Assembly: GCA_965112635.1 (NCBI GenBank)
Contig: OZ218778.1
Location: 1,184,001 to 1,248,000 of the forward strand
Length of the DNA stretch: 64,000 nucleotides
Origin: an uncultured bacterium
GTDB taxonomy: Bacteria; Oederibacteriota; Oederibacteriia; Oederibacteriales; Oederibacteriaceae
Direction: 5' to 3'
The notes below the pieces were generated by a model. The model made no database searches, was not told the origin of the DNA, and was given only the letters and a program-made list of their open reading frames with translations. Of the stretch, positions 19,711 through 29,641 are shown one piece after another. Positions within the stretch are counted from its first letter, which is position 1; each line of letters starts with the position of its first letter. The position numbers were made by a program, and so were the translations under genes.

Positions 19711-21783
19711 TCAGTCCTTGGCCAAGTTGAAAAATTCCGGCTTGCGCTGGGTGCGGCTGAACACGGTTTTGCCCGCCACCTTTAGATAGCTGGCGTCCAG
19801 GACATAGCCTTTCACAGGCTTGCCTTTAGCGGTGGTCCTGAGCCAGATAAAACTCGCGTCCGTGGAATATAACGGCTGGTCGTCCACAGCCTGCTCCAGC
19901 CGTCCAGACCAGCAATAGTGATCGATCTGGCCGTCCGGCAGGACTATATCCAGGTGGTAGAGGCCGCTGTATTTGCGGTCTTCGGGAGTGCCGGGGCTCA
20001 GCGAATAGTCCGGTTTTTTGTCCTTTAAAAAGGGCGCTATCAGGACGGCGGAAACATCGCCCCTGGCCAGGCTGGGATAGGAATAATCCACCTGCGGAGC
20101 GGGAACAGCGTCGATCTCGTTGCCTCCCACCCATCCACGGAGGGGCTTTTGGCTGCCCTCATAAACCTGCATGGTTGCACCGTCCGGCACCTTCAAAAGC
20201 TTGACCAGGAGGTTCACATCCTCGTTTTGGGACCACCAGGAAAAGCCGGCCGGGTCAGAGGACCATTTGGCCATGGGAGCCATCTGCCAGGGGTTGTGGA
20301 CGGTGTGCTCCGCGTCCGTTTCCATCTTGTCCAAAGCGACGATGTATTCGCCCTTGACCCAGAAAAGGATGCGGCTGTGGTCCCCTTTGACGCCCTGGCC
20401 CAGGCCTTTATCAAAATTCCAGCCAAAGGTGCCGGACCAGTAGCCGCCCTGGTACCGGGCGTGGATGAACGCGCAAGCGGAGTTAAAATCGGCGCGTTCC
20501 AGCCTGGCGTCCACCGGAGCCTGGTTCCAGCCGTCCACGTTGAGCGTGTTGTGGGCCGGAGTGGATTTCCCGTAGGGGGCCATCGGGTTGGACATTTCAT
20601 AGCTGATGATGCCCGGGTCAGCCAGGAGCATCCTGCCAGCGGAGCGGAAACAAAAAGAAAGCCTCCCTAGATGATTGTGGCCTCCGCCCCAGGTCCCGGC
20701 GTCAAAAGCAATATAGTCGGCTCCGGGTTTCCAGGCTGAACGCATAAAGATTTGGCCCGCCGCGGGAAAGACCTGGTCCAGAGGAGGATTTTGGAGAGCC
20801 TGGTCGGGGGGCAGGCATTTTTTAAGGATGGCGTTCCTGGTTTCCAGTTCATTCAATTTAGCGCCATCTCTGGGGACAAAGGGCGAATCGTTCAAGCTGG
20901 CCAGATAGCACTGGGCCACGTAGTCCAGGCTCTTGGCCACTATGTCAGGGTTGACCTTGGCGTCCGCTTCAGGGAACAGCTTGGGCAGGAGCAGGTATTT
21001 GGCGGCTACCTGGGCCATCCAGGCGGAATAGTCGGGAGTGCGTTCTATGTGGACACCGTCGGACAGGAATTGGTTGGACAGTTCCTGGCGCAGGCCCTCA
21101 ATGCCTATCCGCAGGACCGAGGGGGCGTCCTTCATAAAGGGATACCTTAAAGAGGTCATGACCAGGGCGTCCAGTCCGGCGATCCTCCAATTACCCACAG
21201 CGGCTATACGGGTGGACAGATATTTGACCTGGTGGTCCGCGGAGTCGGTGACTTTGTCGATGAACTTGTCGTCAAAGGACGGGCTTTTGAGGAAATAGGG
21301 CAGGGTCTCGCCCCAGGTTTTCATCCTTTCGGCCAGGTCCAGGCTGCGGTCGCCGGGCCGCCAATCGCCTTCATTTTCATAGCTGCCGCCGTGGTCGATC
21401 CAGTCCTCGATATAGGAACGGGCCGCCTGGGCGTATTTTTCATCCTTGGTCGCTTCATAAGCCGCGGCAAGAGCGTTGAGCTGGTAAAACCGGTTGAGCT
21501 GGGCCGGCCATTCCTGATGGGCTATGTTCTTGCCGCTCCAGTCGATATTGCTCAGGCCTATTTTCACGGGTTGGTCGTAGAAAAAAATGGTCCCGGAAGC
21601 CATCAGGTCGGCCTTGTCCAAAGTCTTTTTGTCGGCGGCCGGGATGCCTCCCTCGAACATGACCTGGCGGAGCTGGCGGTATTGCTCGAGGATGACCGCT
21701 TTTTTGTCCAGGGCGCGGGCATGCAGCTGCGTGGCCAGGCCTCCCAAGGCCGCGAATAATAAAATAATTCCAATGATCTTCAT
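19711..21783 (-). CDS. Heparinase II/III-family polysaccharide lyase (exported)
   Basis: Signal peptide; WPAQLNRF, GNW, DGVHIERTPDY, MRSAW, GGHNH, DPG..SY, STPAHNTLNVDG. Confidence 0.85.
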   Translation of the reverse strand: MKIIGIILLFAALGGLATQLHARALDKKAVILEQYRQLRQVMFEGGIPAADKKTLDKADLMASGTIFFYDQPVKIGLSNIDWSGKNIAHQEWPAQLNRFYQLNALAAAYEATKDEKYAQAARSYIEDWIDHGGSYENEGDWRPGDRSLDLAERMKTWGETLPYFLKSPSFDDKFIDKVTDSADHQVKYLSTRIAAVGNWRIAGLDALVMTSLRYPFMKDAPSVLRIGIEGLRQELSNQFLSDGVHIERTPDYSAWMAQVAAKYLLLPKLFPEADAKVNPDIVAKSLDYVAQCYLASLNDSPFVPRDGAKLNELETRNAILKKCLPPDQALQNPPLDQVFPAAGQIFMRSAWKPGADYIAFDAGTWGGGHNHLGRLSFCFRSAGRMLLADPGIISYEMSNPMAPYGKSTPAHNTLNVDGWNQAPVDARLERADFNSACAFIHARYQGGYWSGTFGWNFDKGLGQGVKGDHSRILFWVKGEYIVALDKMETDAEHTVHNPWQMAPMAKWSSDPAGFSWWSQNEDVNLLVKLLKVPDGATMQVYEGSQKPLRGWVGGNEIDAVPAPQVDYSYPSLARGDVSAVLIAPFLKDKKPDYSLSPGTPEDRKYSGLYHLDIVLPDGQIDHYCWSGRLEQAVDDQPLYSTDASFIWLRTTAKGKPVKGYVLDASYLKVAGKTVFSRTQRKPEFFNLAKD

Positions 21784-21813
21784 AAAACCCTCCTTTTTCC
21801 GGTCTAAGCCAAC

Positions 21814-22368
21814 CTACTTTGCCTTGGCCATGACCCTGGCGAATTTTTGGTAGCGCTTAAAAAAGTCTCTGCCCAGTTCCTGGTCCACTTTGGCAAAGCG
21901 TTCCTCCAGGACGATCAGCTCAGGGGCCTTGAGGACTTTCATGGTCATGGGGAAAAGCAGGTAATCCTCTTTCCAGATGTGGTTTTGGTAGAGGGCGATG
22001 AGGGCTTGCAGGGTTTCGATGAGGGCCTTTTTAGTTCCTGCCGGGTCTTTGGCCAGGCTGTCCGCGCTTTCTTCAATTTTTTTGACCCACTCGCGGCCTT
22101 TGATGTGTTCGGCCAATAAGGCATGGATAGGGCAACCCTGCCCTGGCACGCCATGCTCCACCAGATAGGGGAACAAGATGGCTTCTTCCTTGCCGTGGTG
22201 GCATTTGTCCGCGTAGGTCCGCATGAAATCCACAATGCTCCGGAGGAGCTCCGGGTCAGGCAGGCTGCCTGCCTCGATCTTTTTCAAAAGCCCGGGGAAA
22301 GAATCCACCACTTTGTGGATGTAAACGTGCTCTTTTTCCAGTTTGGCCACCGACTTTCTGCTTTTCAT
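21814..22368 (-). CDS. Hemerythrin/HHE cation-binding domain protein
   Basis: EH, YADKCHHGKEEAILFP, EHIKGR, HIWKEDYLLFP. Confidence 0.9.
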   Translation of the reverse strand: MKSRKSVAKLEKEHVYIHKVVDSFPGLLKKIEAGSLPDPELLRSIVDFMRTYADKCHHGKEEAILFPYLVEHGVPGQGCPIHALLAEHIKGREWVKKIEESADSLAKDPAGTKKALIETLQALIALYQNHIWKEDYLLFPMTMKVLKAPELIVLEERFAKVDQELGRDFFKRYQKFARVMAKAK

Positions 22369-22841
22369 ATATTGCTCACTACTTGGAAAAAATTTGACAA
22401 TTCTTTTTCTTCTTCGGGCGACAACAGGCTGTCCGCCATGTTATAGAGGAAGTTTTCCTCCTTATCTATATGGGGCCGCAGGAGCTGGGCATAGGATCTT
22501 AAATGGCCGGCCAGGGCGTTCACTTTCGGAGCCAGGCCTTGTTTGGCCTTGGGCAGGACGGAAAGCATGGACTTCACCAGGCTCCGGCCCGCGACATGTT
22601 CCCGGAGCAGTTCGGAGACCGGGCCTGACTGGCCTTTTTCCACGAGTTTGGGGAAAAGGTATTTTTCTTCCTTGAGGTGGTGCGACTTTTCCAGGAAGTT
22701 GTCGAAGTAATCCATGATCAGGCCGATGCTCTTTTCATTGACCTTTTGGCGGGATTCCATTTCCTTGATCTCCCGGTCCACACCCTCCAGGAAGTTCAGG
22801 ATGAGCTTGTGTTCAACCCGCAGAGTCTGCGTGGAATGCAC
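22365..22841 (-). CDS. Hemerythrin/HHE cation-binding domain protein (paralog)
   Basis: EH, HHLKEEKYLFP, EHVAGR, HIDKEE. Confidence 0.85.
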   Translation of the reverse strand: MHSTQTLRVEHKLILNFLEGVDREIKEMESRQKVNEKSIGLIMDYFDNFLEKSHHLKEEKYLFPKLVEKGQSGPVSELLREHVAGRSLVKSMLSVLPKAKQGLAPKVNALAGHLRSYAQLLRPHIDKEENFLYNMADSLLSPEEEKELSNFFQVVSNI

Positions 22842-22938
22842 GCTAATATCCCCCTTGGCCGGGCGATTTTAACTTTTCACCCGAACCCTTCTTTTTGCTA
22901 ATATCAAAGCAAACCATTATGTCACAAAAGAGAAGGCC

Positions 22939-24390
22939 GTGGATATACAGAAAAAGCTGAAGGATCTGCCGGAAAAACCGGGCGTTTACCTGATGAAAGA
23001 CGGGCAGGGCCTGGTCATTTACGTGGGCAAGGCCGTGTCGCTCAAGCGCCGGGTGCGTTCGTATTTCCAAAAGGATTTCAGCGACTCTCCCAAGACCGCG
23101 GCCATGGTCTCCAAGGTCAGGGACCTCGAATGGCGCCTGGCCGACTCGGAACAAGGCGCCATCCTGATGGAGAGCAACCTCATCAAGAAGCTCCGTCCGC
23201 GTTACAATATCGAGCTAAAGGATGACAAGAGCTATCCCTACCTGATGTTCACGGACGAGGACTATCCGAGGCTCTGCGGGGTCCGCAGGCCTTACCACGG
23301 CCGGGGGGAATATTTCGGGCCTTTTACCGCCACGGTCATGAAGGCCACCCTGCGTTTCATCCACGAGCTTTTCCCTCTGCGTTACTGCGAGGGGTCGCTG
23401 AAGACCAAGAAGCCCTGCCTCTATTACGAAATGAAAAGCTGTCTGGCTCCCTGCCTTCCCGGCAAGGTTCCCGTGGAGGAGTACGCGAAGATAGTCCGAG
23501 AGGTCAAACTATTTCTCCTGGGCAAAAAGACCGCCTTGCTGGCGGGCCTGGAAAAGGGGATGTGGGAGGAGTCGGACCGGGGGCATTACGAGACCGCGGC
23601 CAAACTCAGGGACAAGCTGGCCAAGGCGCGGGAATTCATCGCCCAACAGCAGGCGGCCAGCCGGCTTATCCGCAAGGAAGGCGACATGGTGGACCGGCCC
23701 GCGGCCACCAAGGGGCTGGAGGAACTGCAGCGGTCCTGCTCCCTGGCCAAACTGCCCCGGCACATCGAGGCCTTCGACATTTCCCATCTCAGCGGCAGCC
23801 AGACCGTGGCCTCCCTGGTCGTTTTCAAGGACGGATTTCCCAGCAAAAAGGACTACCGCAAATTCAAGATCAAGACCGTGCCAGGCATCGATGATTTTGC
23901 CAGCATGGCCGAAGTGGTGGGCAGGCGTTACCGCCGGGTGCTCGCCGAAAAAGGGGAGCTTCCTGACCTGGTGCTGGTGGACGGCGGCAGGGGACAGCTG
24001 GACGCGGCTCTCAGGTCGCTGCGCCGGACCGGCTTGGACAGCCTGCCGGTCATCAGCCTGGCCAAAAGGGAAGAGCATATTTTCACGACCGCCGATCCCG
24101 GCCCGGTCATCCTGCAGAAGAACTCGGCCGGACTGCACCTGGTGCAGTGGATACGGGACGAGGCGCACCGTTTCGCGGTCAAGTACCACAAGGTTTTGCG
24201 GGGCAGGGAGGTCAGCGCGTCCGCTCTGGACAGGCTCAGCGGCATCGGCCCCAAGCGCAAGCAGGAGCTATTAAGACGCTTTGGCAGCGTGGATAAGCTG
24301 GAGCGGGCCAGCCTGGAGGAGATCCAGGCGATGCGCGGGTTTTCAGAGAAAATGGCCAGAAAAGTGAAAGGATTCCTGGGAGGAAAATGA
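22939..24390 (+). CDS. uvrC: Excinuclease ABC subunit C (short form)
   Basis: GIY-YIG (PGVYLM..IYVGKA), LKDDKSYPY, IEAFDISH, LVDGGRGQ, IRDEAHRFA, HhH GIGPKR. Confidence 0.96.
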   Translation: MDIQKKLKDLPEKPGVYLMKDGQGLVIYVGKAVSLKRRVRSYFQKDFSDSPKTAAMVSKVRDLEWRLADSEQGAILMESNLIKKLRPRYNIELKDDKSYPYLMFTDEDYPRLCGVRRPYHGRGEYFGPFTATVMKATLRFIHELFPLRYCEGSLKTKKPCLYYEMKSCLAPCLPGKVPVEEYAKIVREVKLFLLGKKTALLAGLEKGMWEESDRGHYETAAKLRDKLAKAREFIAQQQAASRLIRKEGDMVDRPAATKGLEELQRSCSLAKLPRHIEAFDISHLSGSQTVASLVVFKDGFPSKKDYRKFKIKTVPGIDDFASMAEVVGRRYRRVLAEKGELPDLVLVDGGRGQLDAALRSLRRTGLDSLPVISLAKREEHIFTTADPGPVILQKNSAGLHLVQWIRDEAHRFAVKYHKVLRGREVSASALDRLSGIGPKRKQELLRRFGSVDKLERASLEEIQAMRGFSEKMARKVKGFLGGK

Positions 24391-26984
24391 AAAAAGCGCT
24401 GGTCAGCCTGATCGGATTAGGGTGGGTTTGTTTTGTTTCTTTCTATTACTTGAGCTACAACCCCATCCATCCCAGCTTGATCTGGCAGGCCTGGGGCCAG
24501 CCTCTGTGGCTGAGCCGGGCGAATTATCTGGGCCTTTGCCCTCAATTTTTGAAAATGGTCTGGACCCTCTGCCTGGTGCTGGGCTGCGTGGCGCTGGCTT
24601 ACAGCTTGGGCAGGAAAACAATCAACGGATTGCTGGGTTATGCCCCGAGTTCCAGCCGGGAAGAGCTGGTCATTTTTACAGGCGCGGGATTCGGCGTCCT
24701 GTCCTTCCTGATGCTGGGGCTGGGATTGTGCGGCCTGTATTTTACCTGGCTCTTTTATCTTGTGCCATTGGCTGGCCTGGCCGTGCTGGTCATGGGTTGG
24801 CACAAGGGAGAGGCGCAGGAGCTGGTTGGGGGTTTCAGCTTTTCCCTGGGACAGGAAAAAACCTGGAGCCGCTGGCTGATGGTTTTGGTCTGCCTGACTT
24901 TAGCCATTTCCTTCCTGTGCGTGTTCGTGCCGGACACTGAATTCGACGCCCTCAATTACCACCTGGCCGGGCCGCAGGACTACCTGATGCACCACAAGAT
25001 ATACAACAAGGCCTACCTCTTTTATATGTTCAATCCCTTTTTTTCGGAGATGCTCAATACCCTGGGCCAGGGGCTCTACGGCCAGACCTGCGCCAAAGGA
25101 TTTAATTTTGTTTTTTACCTCCTGCTTTTCCTCCTCCTGGCCGAGATGGGAGAAAATGTCCTGGGCCGGTCCTGGGCCTTTTTGCCGGGCCTGTTCTTTA
25201 CCATCCCGCTGTGCGCCGACATCTCCAGCCGCGCTTTCACGGACATGAACCTGGTGTTCTGGGAGACCCTGCTTTTGTGGAAACTCTACGGGTTTTTCTG
25301 GGCTGAGGACGGGCAAGAAGAGGCTGAACCTGTCCAGGCAGGGCTGCTGCTGGCCCTGTTCGCCGGTTTTGCCATGTCGGCCAAATATACAGGCGCAGTT
25401 TCCTTTGTCCTGGCCGCGGCAGGCCTGGCCCTAGCCGGTCTGGCCAGCCCGGTAAGGAAAAAGATGCTGGCCGGCCTGCTGGTATTTTTGGCCGTCAGCC
25501 TGGCCATTGTCTCTCCGTGGCTCATAAAAAATTATGTGTGGAGCGGCAACCCGGTATTTATCTTCCTTTACGACAAGCTCGGAGGAATGCCCTGGTCGGC
25601 AACCGCGGAAAATATCCTCAAACACAGCGAATACGCCGACCCGCGGGCCAGCTATAATACCTGGACCGACTACCTGACCGCTCCCTGGCAATTCATCATC
25701 CACCAGAGAGGCACCACGGACAGGTCCAGCCAGGCTTTGGCTTTCCTGGCTTTCCTGCCCTTGTTGTTCTTTGTCCGAAGCAAAAAGCGGATATTTTATT
25801 TTTCCCTGGTGGCAGGCGCGGTCTTCCTCTCGGCCTGGTTCGTGACCTACCAAAACGCCAGGATCCTGCTGCCCGCTTTTCCGTGGCTGTGCCTGGCCTG
25901 CGCTTACCTAATTCACAGGCTCCAGGAGCCGGGCGGAGCGGTCCAAAAAATATGGGGAGCGGTCTTGGTACTGCTCATCTGTGTTTCCGTTGTCTTGAGC
26001 TGGCAGGAAACGGGCCAGGCCCTGGTCAGCCCCGGGGCTGTTTGGGCCGGAGCGGAGCCTATGTCAGCCTATTTGAGCCGGGCCCTGCCTTTCCATTATT
26101 ACGACGCCATGGCCAATGCCAACGAAATGGTGCCGCCCGACAAAAAAATCCTGGTCCTGGGAGATGACCGCAGTTTTTATCTGGACCGCCTGCATTGCAA
26201 CAGTTCCATCTATTACCCGTTCTTCAGCGACTTACTTGGTAGTTGCGCGGACAAAAAAGAACTCGGCGCGAGGCTGAAGCAGTACGGGGCGGCTTACCTT
26301 CTCTATAACCGGCGGAGCATGGAGCAGCTGCAAAGGCAGCTGGGGTCCTCTGAAATGCTGGACGAGCGGTCCATCAAGCTTTGGGCGGATTTTTGGAGGG
26401 AGAGCGTCCGGGTCGTCTGGTCTCTGGACGGCGAATGGTGCCTGGCCGAGATATTGGAAGAGCCCGGCGAGCCGGCAAAGGGTTTAGTATTCCTGCCCGG
26501 GGCCGAAGAAAAACTCTGCCAAGAGGCCATGGACCTGGAACAAGAGGGCCACAGGGGCAAGGCGAGTCTGCTTTACGAAAAGGCGTTGCAGACCGTGCCC
26601 GACCTGGTGCTTCCCCAGGAAAGGCTTGTTTTTTACTACCTGCAGGAGGGGGAGCTGGCCAAGGCCCGGGAGCACGCCGGCCTGGCCGTCAAATACGGTT
26701 CAACGCAGTGGCAGATCTGGCATGACCAGGCCTTGTTCCTGCTCAAAGACAAAAAGTTCAGCGAGGCCCTGGCCGCGGCCAAGAGGGTCACGGAACTTGC
26801 CCCCCAAGGGGCCGACGGGTATTATGATCTGGGTCTGGTTTTTCAGCGCCTGGGCCGGTTTCCTGAGGCCAGGGAAGCGTTCTTCCGGGCCATCCAGTGG
26901 GACCCCAACAGGCCGGAGTTCAAGGAAAGGTTCAAAGAGGTTTCAGTCCCAAAGGCTAAACAAGCGGGGAGCGGAGCAAAGTGA
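24387..26984 (+). CDS. Polytopic GT-C-like (ArnT/PMT-type) membrane protein with C-terminal TPRs
   Basis: More than 10 TMs, DALNYHL, AKYTG, PWLIKNY..SGNPVF, RILLP; TPR repeats at the C-terminus. Confidence 0.75.
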   Translation: MKKALVSLIGLGWVCFVSFYYLSYNPIHPSLIWQAWGQPLWLSRANYLGLCPQFLKMVWTLCLVLGCVALAYSLGRKTINGLLGYAPSSSREELVIFTGAGFGVLSFLMLGLGLCGLYFTWLFYLVPLAGLAVLVMGWHKGEAQELVGGFSFSLGQEKTWSRWLMVLVCLTLAISFLCVFVPDTEFDALNYHLAGPQDYLMHHKIYNKAYLFYMFNPFFSEMLNTLGQGLYGQTCAKGFNFVFYLLLFLLLAEMGENVLGRSWAFLPGLFFTIPLCADISSRAFTDMNLVFWETLLLWKLYGFFWAEDGQEEAEPVQAGLLLALFAGFAMSAKYTGAVSFVLAAAGLALAGLASPVRKKMLAGLLVFLAVSLAIVSPWLIKNYVWSGNPVFIFLYDKLGGMPWSATAENILKHSEYADPRASYNTWTDYLTAPWQFIIHQRGTTDRSSQALAFLAFLPLLFFVRSKKRIFYFSLVAGAVFLSAWFVTYQNARILLPAFPWLCLACAYLIHRLQEPGGAVQKIWGAVLVLLICVSVVLSWQETGQALVSPGAVWAGAEPMSAYLSRALPFHYYDAMANANEMVPPDKKILVLGDDRSFYLDRLHCNSSIYYPFFSDLLGSCADKKELGARLKQYGAAYLLYNRRSMEQLQRQLGSSEMLDERSIKLWADFWRESVRVVWSLDGEWCLAEILEEPGEPAKGLVFLPGAEEKLCQEAMDLEQEGHRGKASLLYEKALQTVPDLVLPQERLVFYYLQEGELAKAREHAGLAVKYGSTQWQIWHDQALFLLKDKKFSEALAAAKRVTELAPQGADGYYDLGLVFQRLGRFPEAREAFFRAIQWDPNRPEFKERFKEVSVPKAKQAGSGAK

Positions 26985-29606
26985 AAGAAAGGTTCCTGAA
27001 AGGTTGGGTTTGGGCTGTCGCGGCGGTATCCGTGGGCTGGCTGGCCTTCGCCGGTTTCTTCTATTACAAACATAACCCCTTGTCCAAGGATATGCTGATC
27101 TACCCCTGGACCAGGCCCTTCATGGGTTTTTTCGTGGGGCCGGAACAGCTGGTGGCCCAAGCCGGGAGAATAGCCTGGGCCAGTCTCATTCTCATCCTTC
27201 TGACCATCCTGGCCTACAGTGTGGGCAGGGTCCTGCTGGTCAAACTGCTTCGTATGGATTTTGTCACCTGGAAAAGCCGGCTGGTCTTTGGCGTGGCCAT
27301 TGGTTATGGCACGCTGGCTTACCTGATCCTGGGGCTGGGGCTGTGCGGGCTCCTCTATCCCGCGGTGATGGCTGTGCTGGCCGGCGCCGGATTGGTCAGC
27401 CTGGTTTGGCTGAAGGCGTGGAAGAACATCCCGGACCTCTGGAAATGCGCCAGGCAGGATGTTGGACAGCTCTGGAAAACCTCCCGCTGGCTTTGCCTGG
27501 CCCTGACCATGGTTTTCCTGCTCAATTTCCTGGCCGTCTTTATCCCGGACTCCGAATACGACGCCCTGGTCTACCATCTTTCCGCCCCGCAGGTCTATCT
27601 GATGAACCACAAGATCGTCAATATGCCGCTCCAATTCTCCACCTTCACGCCCATGCTCTCGGAAATGCTTTACTGCCTCGGCCTGGGTGTGTCGCAGCAG
27701 GCGGTCACGCAGGGCATGGACTTCATTTTTTACTTTTTGCTCTTCCTGCTTTTCCTGGAGATCGGGGAAAGGGTCTCCCTAAGACTTGCGCTTTTGGCCT
27801 GCGTCCTGTTCTTCACCAACCCCTTTACGGCCATGGTGGCCAGCCGGGTCTATATTGACGTGAACCTGGCTTTTTGGACCACGCTGTGCCTGTGGGTCTT
27901 TTTCAAGGGATGGGTGGACAAGTCGGTCCATCTGGACAGCCGGGGAAGGGTCCAGGCCGTTGTCCTGTTGTCGTTGTGCCTGGCCTTCGCTATGGGGACC
28001 AAACTGACCGGCGTGTTCACAGGCCTGGGTCTGGGTCTGGCCATGCTCTACCTGGGAGTCCGTCGCCGGGAAGGCGCCAAAGCCATGGTCCGCGACCTTG
28101 TCCTGTTCAGCGTGCTGGCCGGCCTCATTTTTTCGCCCTGGCTCATCCGCAACTACGCCTGGACCGGCAATCCGGTCTTCCATTTCCTTTACGCGAAGCT
28201 GGGAGGCGTGCCCTGGACCGAATTCAGCGAAAAGCTGGTGCAAAGGGAATACAGCCAATACAACCAGGGATACCAAAACCTGGCGGATTACCTTGTGGCA
28301 CCCTGGCAGTTCCTGGTGCTCAAAAAAGGGACCTCGGACAACTCCGGCCAGGGGCTGGGACTGCTCATTTTCCTGGGGCTGGGCCTGTTTTTCCTGGCCA
28401 GGCAGAACCGGTTCTATTACTTCAACCTGGGGGCAGGGCTTTTTCTGGGGATCGTCTGGTTCGTGACCTGCCAGCACGTGCGGTTCCTGCTGCCGGCTTT
28501 CCCGGCCCTGTGTTTTGTAGGGGCCGTGTCCTTCCAATCCGTGGAAAGCCTGGATTTCAGCTGGCAGCCCTGGTGGAAAAAGGCCTGGGGCGCGGTTTTC
28601 AGCATCATCGCCCTTTTGAGCGCGGTCCAGTGCTGGCAGCAGGTGGGTTACGGGTTGGGCGGGCCGGGCGGAGTTTGCGCTGGAGTGGAAACCAGGGAAA
28701 GCTATCTCAAGAGAGTTTTGAGGAATCATTTTTACGAAGCCTATGAGCGTGCCAGCCAATACACGGAAGAGGGGAAACGGATCCTGATCCTGGGCGATGA
28801 CCGGGGATTCTATCTGGATAAACCCTATGTCCTCATCTCCCTTTATTACCCTTACCTCAAACTGATGCTGGATGAGAGCAAGGACCAGGACGACATTTAC
28901 AAAAAATTAAAAGAGCTGCACGCGGACTATATCCTCTATGACCGGAGACTTTGTTTACCAGATCCAGGACCAGTACCATACCTATGACCTGGACCCAAGG
29001 GCGATCAAGCTCTGGGAGGGATTTTGGAGGCAGAGGGTCAAGGTCCTGTGGAGCATCGGCCACGACTGGAGCATGGGCCAGGTGCTGGAGGAAAAGCAGC
29101 CGGCGGCCGTTGGAATGGCCGTCCTGCCGGGGGCCGAGGAAAAACTGTGCGCGCCCTGCGTCAAACTGGAGGACCAGCAAAAGTTTGAAGAAGCCAGAGC
29201 CTGTTACGAAGCGGCGGCCAAGCAGATCCCGGACCTGGTCTTCCCCCATGAACGGCTGGCGCAGTACTATCTGCAACGGAAAGATTACAAAAAAGCGCGG
29301 GCCGAGATCAATGTGGCGATCAAGTACGGCTCCAACACGCCGGAGGTGCACCACTACCTGGCGTATTTTGACCTGATGGACCGTAAGTTCGACGAGGCCA
29401 TCAAGGAGTGCGAGAAAACTTTGGAGGGAAAGCCGGATATGGCCGAAGCTTATTACCTGATGGGCCTGGCGCAGGAGCAGATGGGCCAGATGAACAGCGC
29501 TTACATGTCCTTGCGCCGCGCCGCGGCCATGGACCCGGCCAGGACGGAGTTCGGCCAGGCCGTGAACGAGCTGGAAGGCGTGATGAAAAGAACCGGAGGC
29601 CAGTAG
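26981..29606 (+). pseudogene. Tandem paralog of the GT-C/TPR protein, split by a +1 frameshift near 28945-28950 (ORFs 26981..28987 and 28938..29606)
   Basis: ORF1 matches the paralog up to YILYDRR; homology continues in ORF2 (LDPRAIKLW, LPGAEEKLC, PDLVFP.ERL, KYGS). Confidence 0.8.
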
Positions 29607-29641
29607 TTGGGCAGGGGACCGGCCGGGAGAAGAGCGGGAAG

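Noticed and set aside
29408-29641. N-terminal extension of the URO-D-like ORF (likewise 45864-46301 and 60766-61203)
   Set aside because: Overlaps genuine upstream genes; family homology begins at the later starts.
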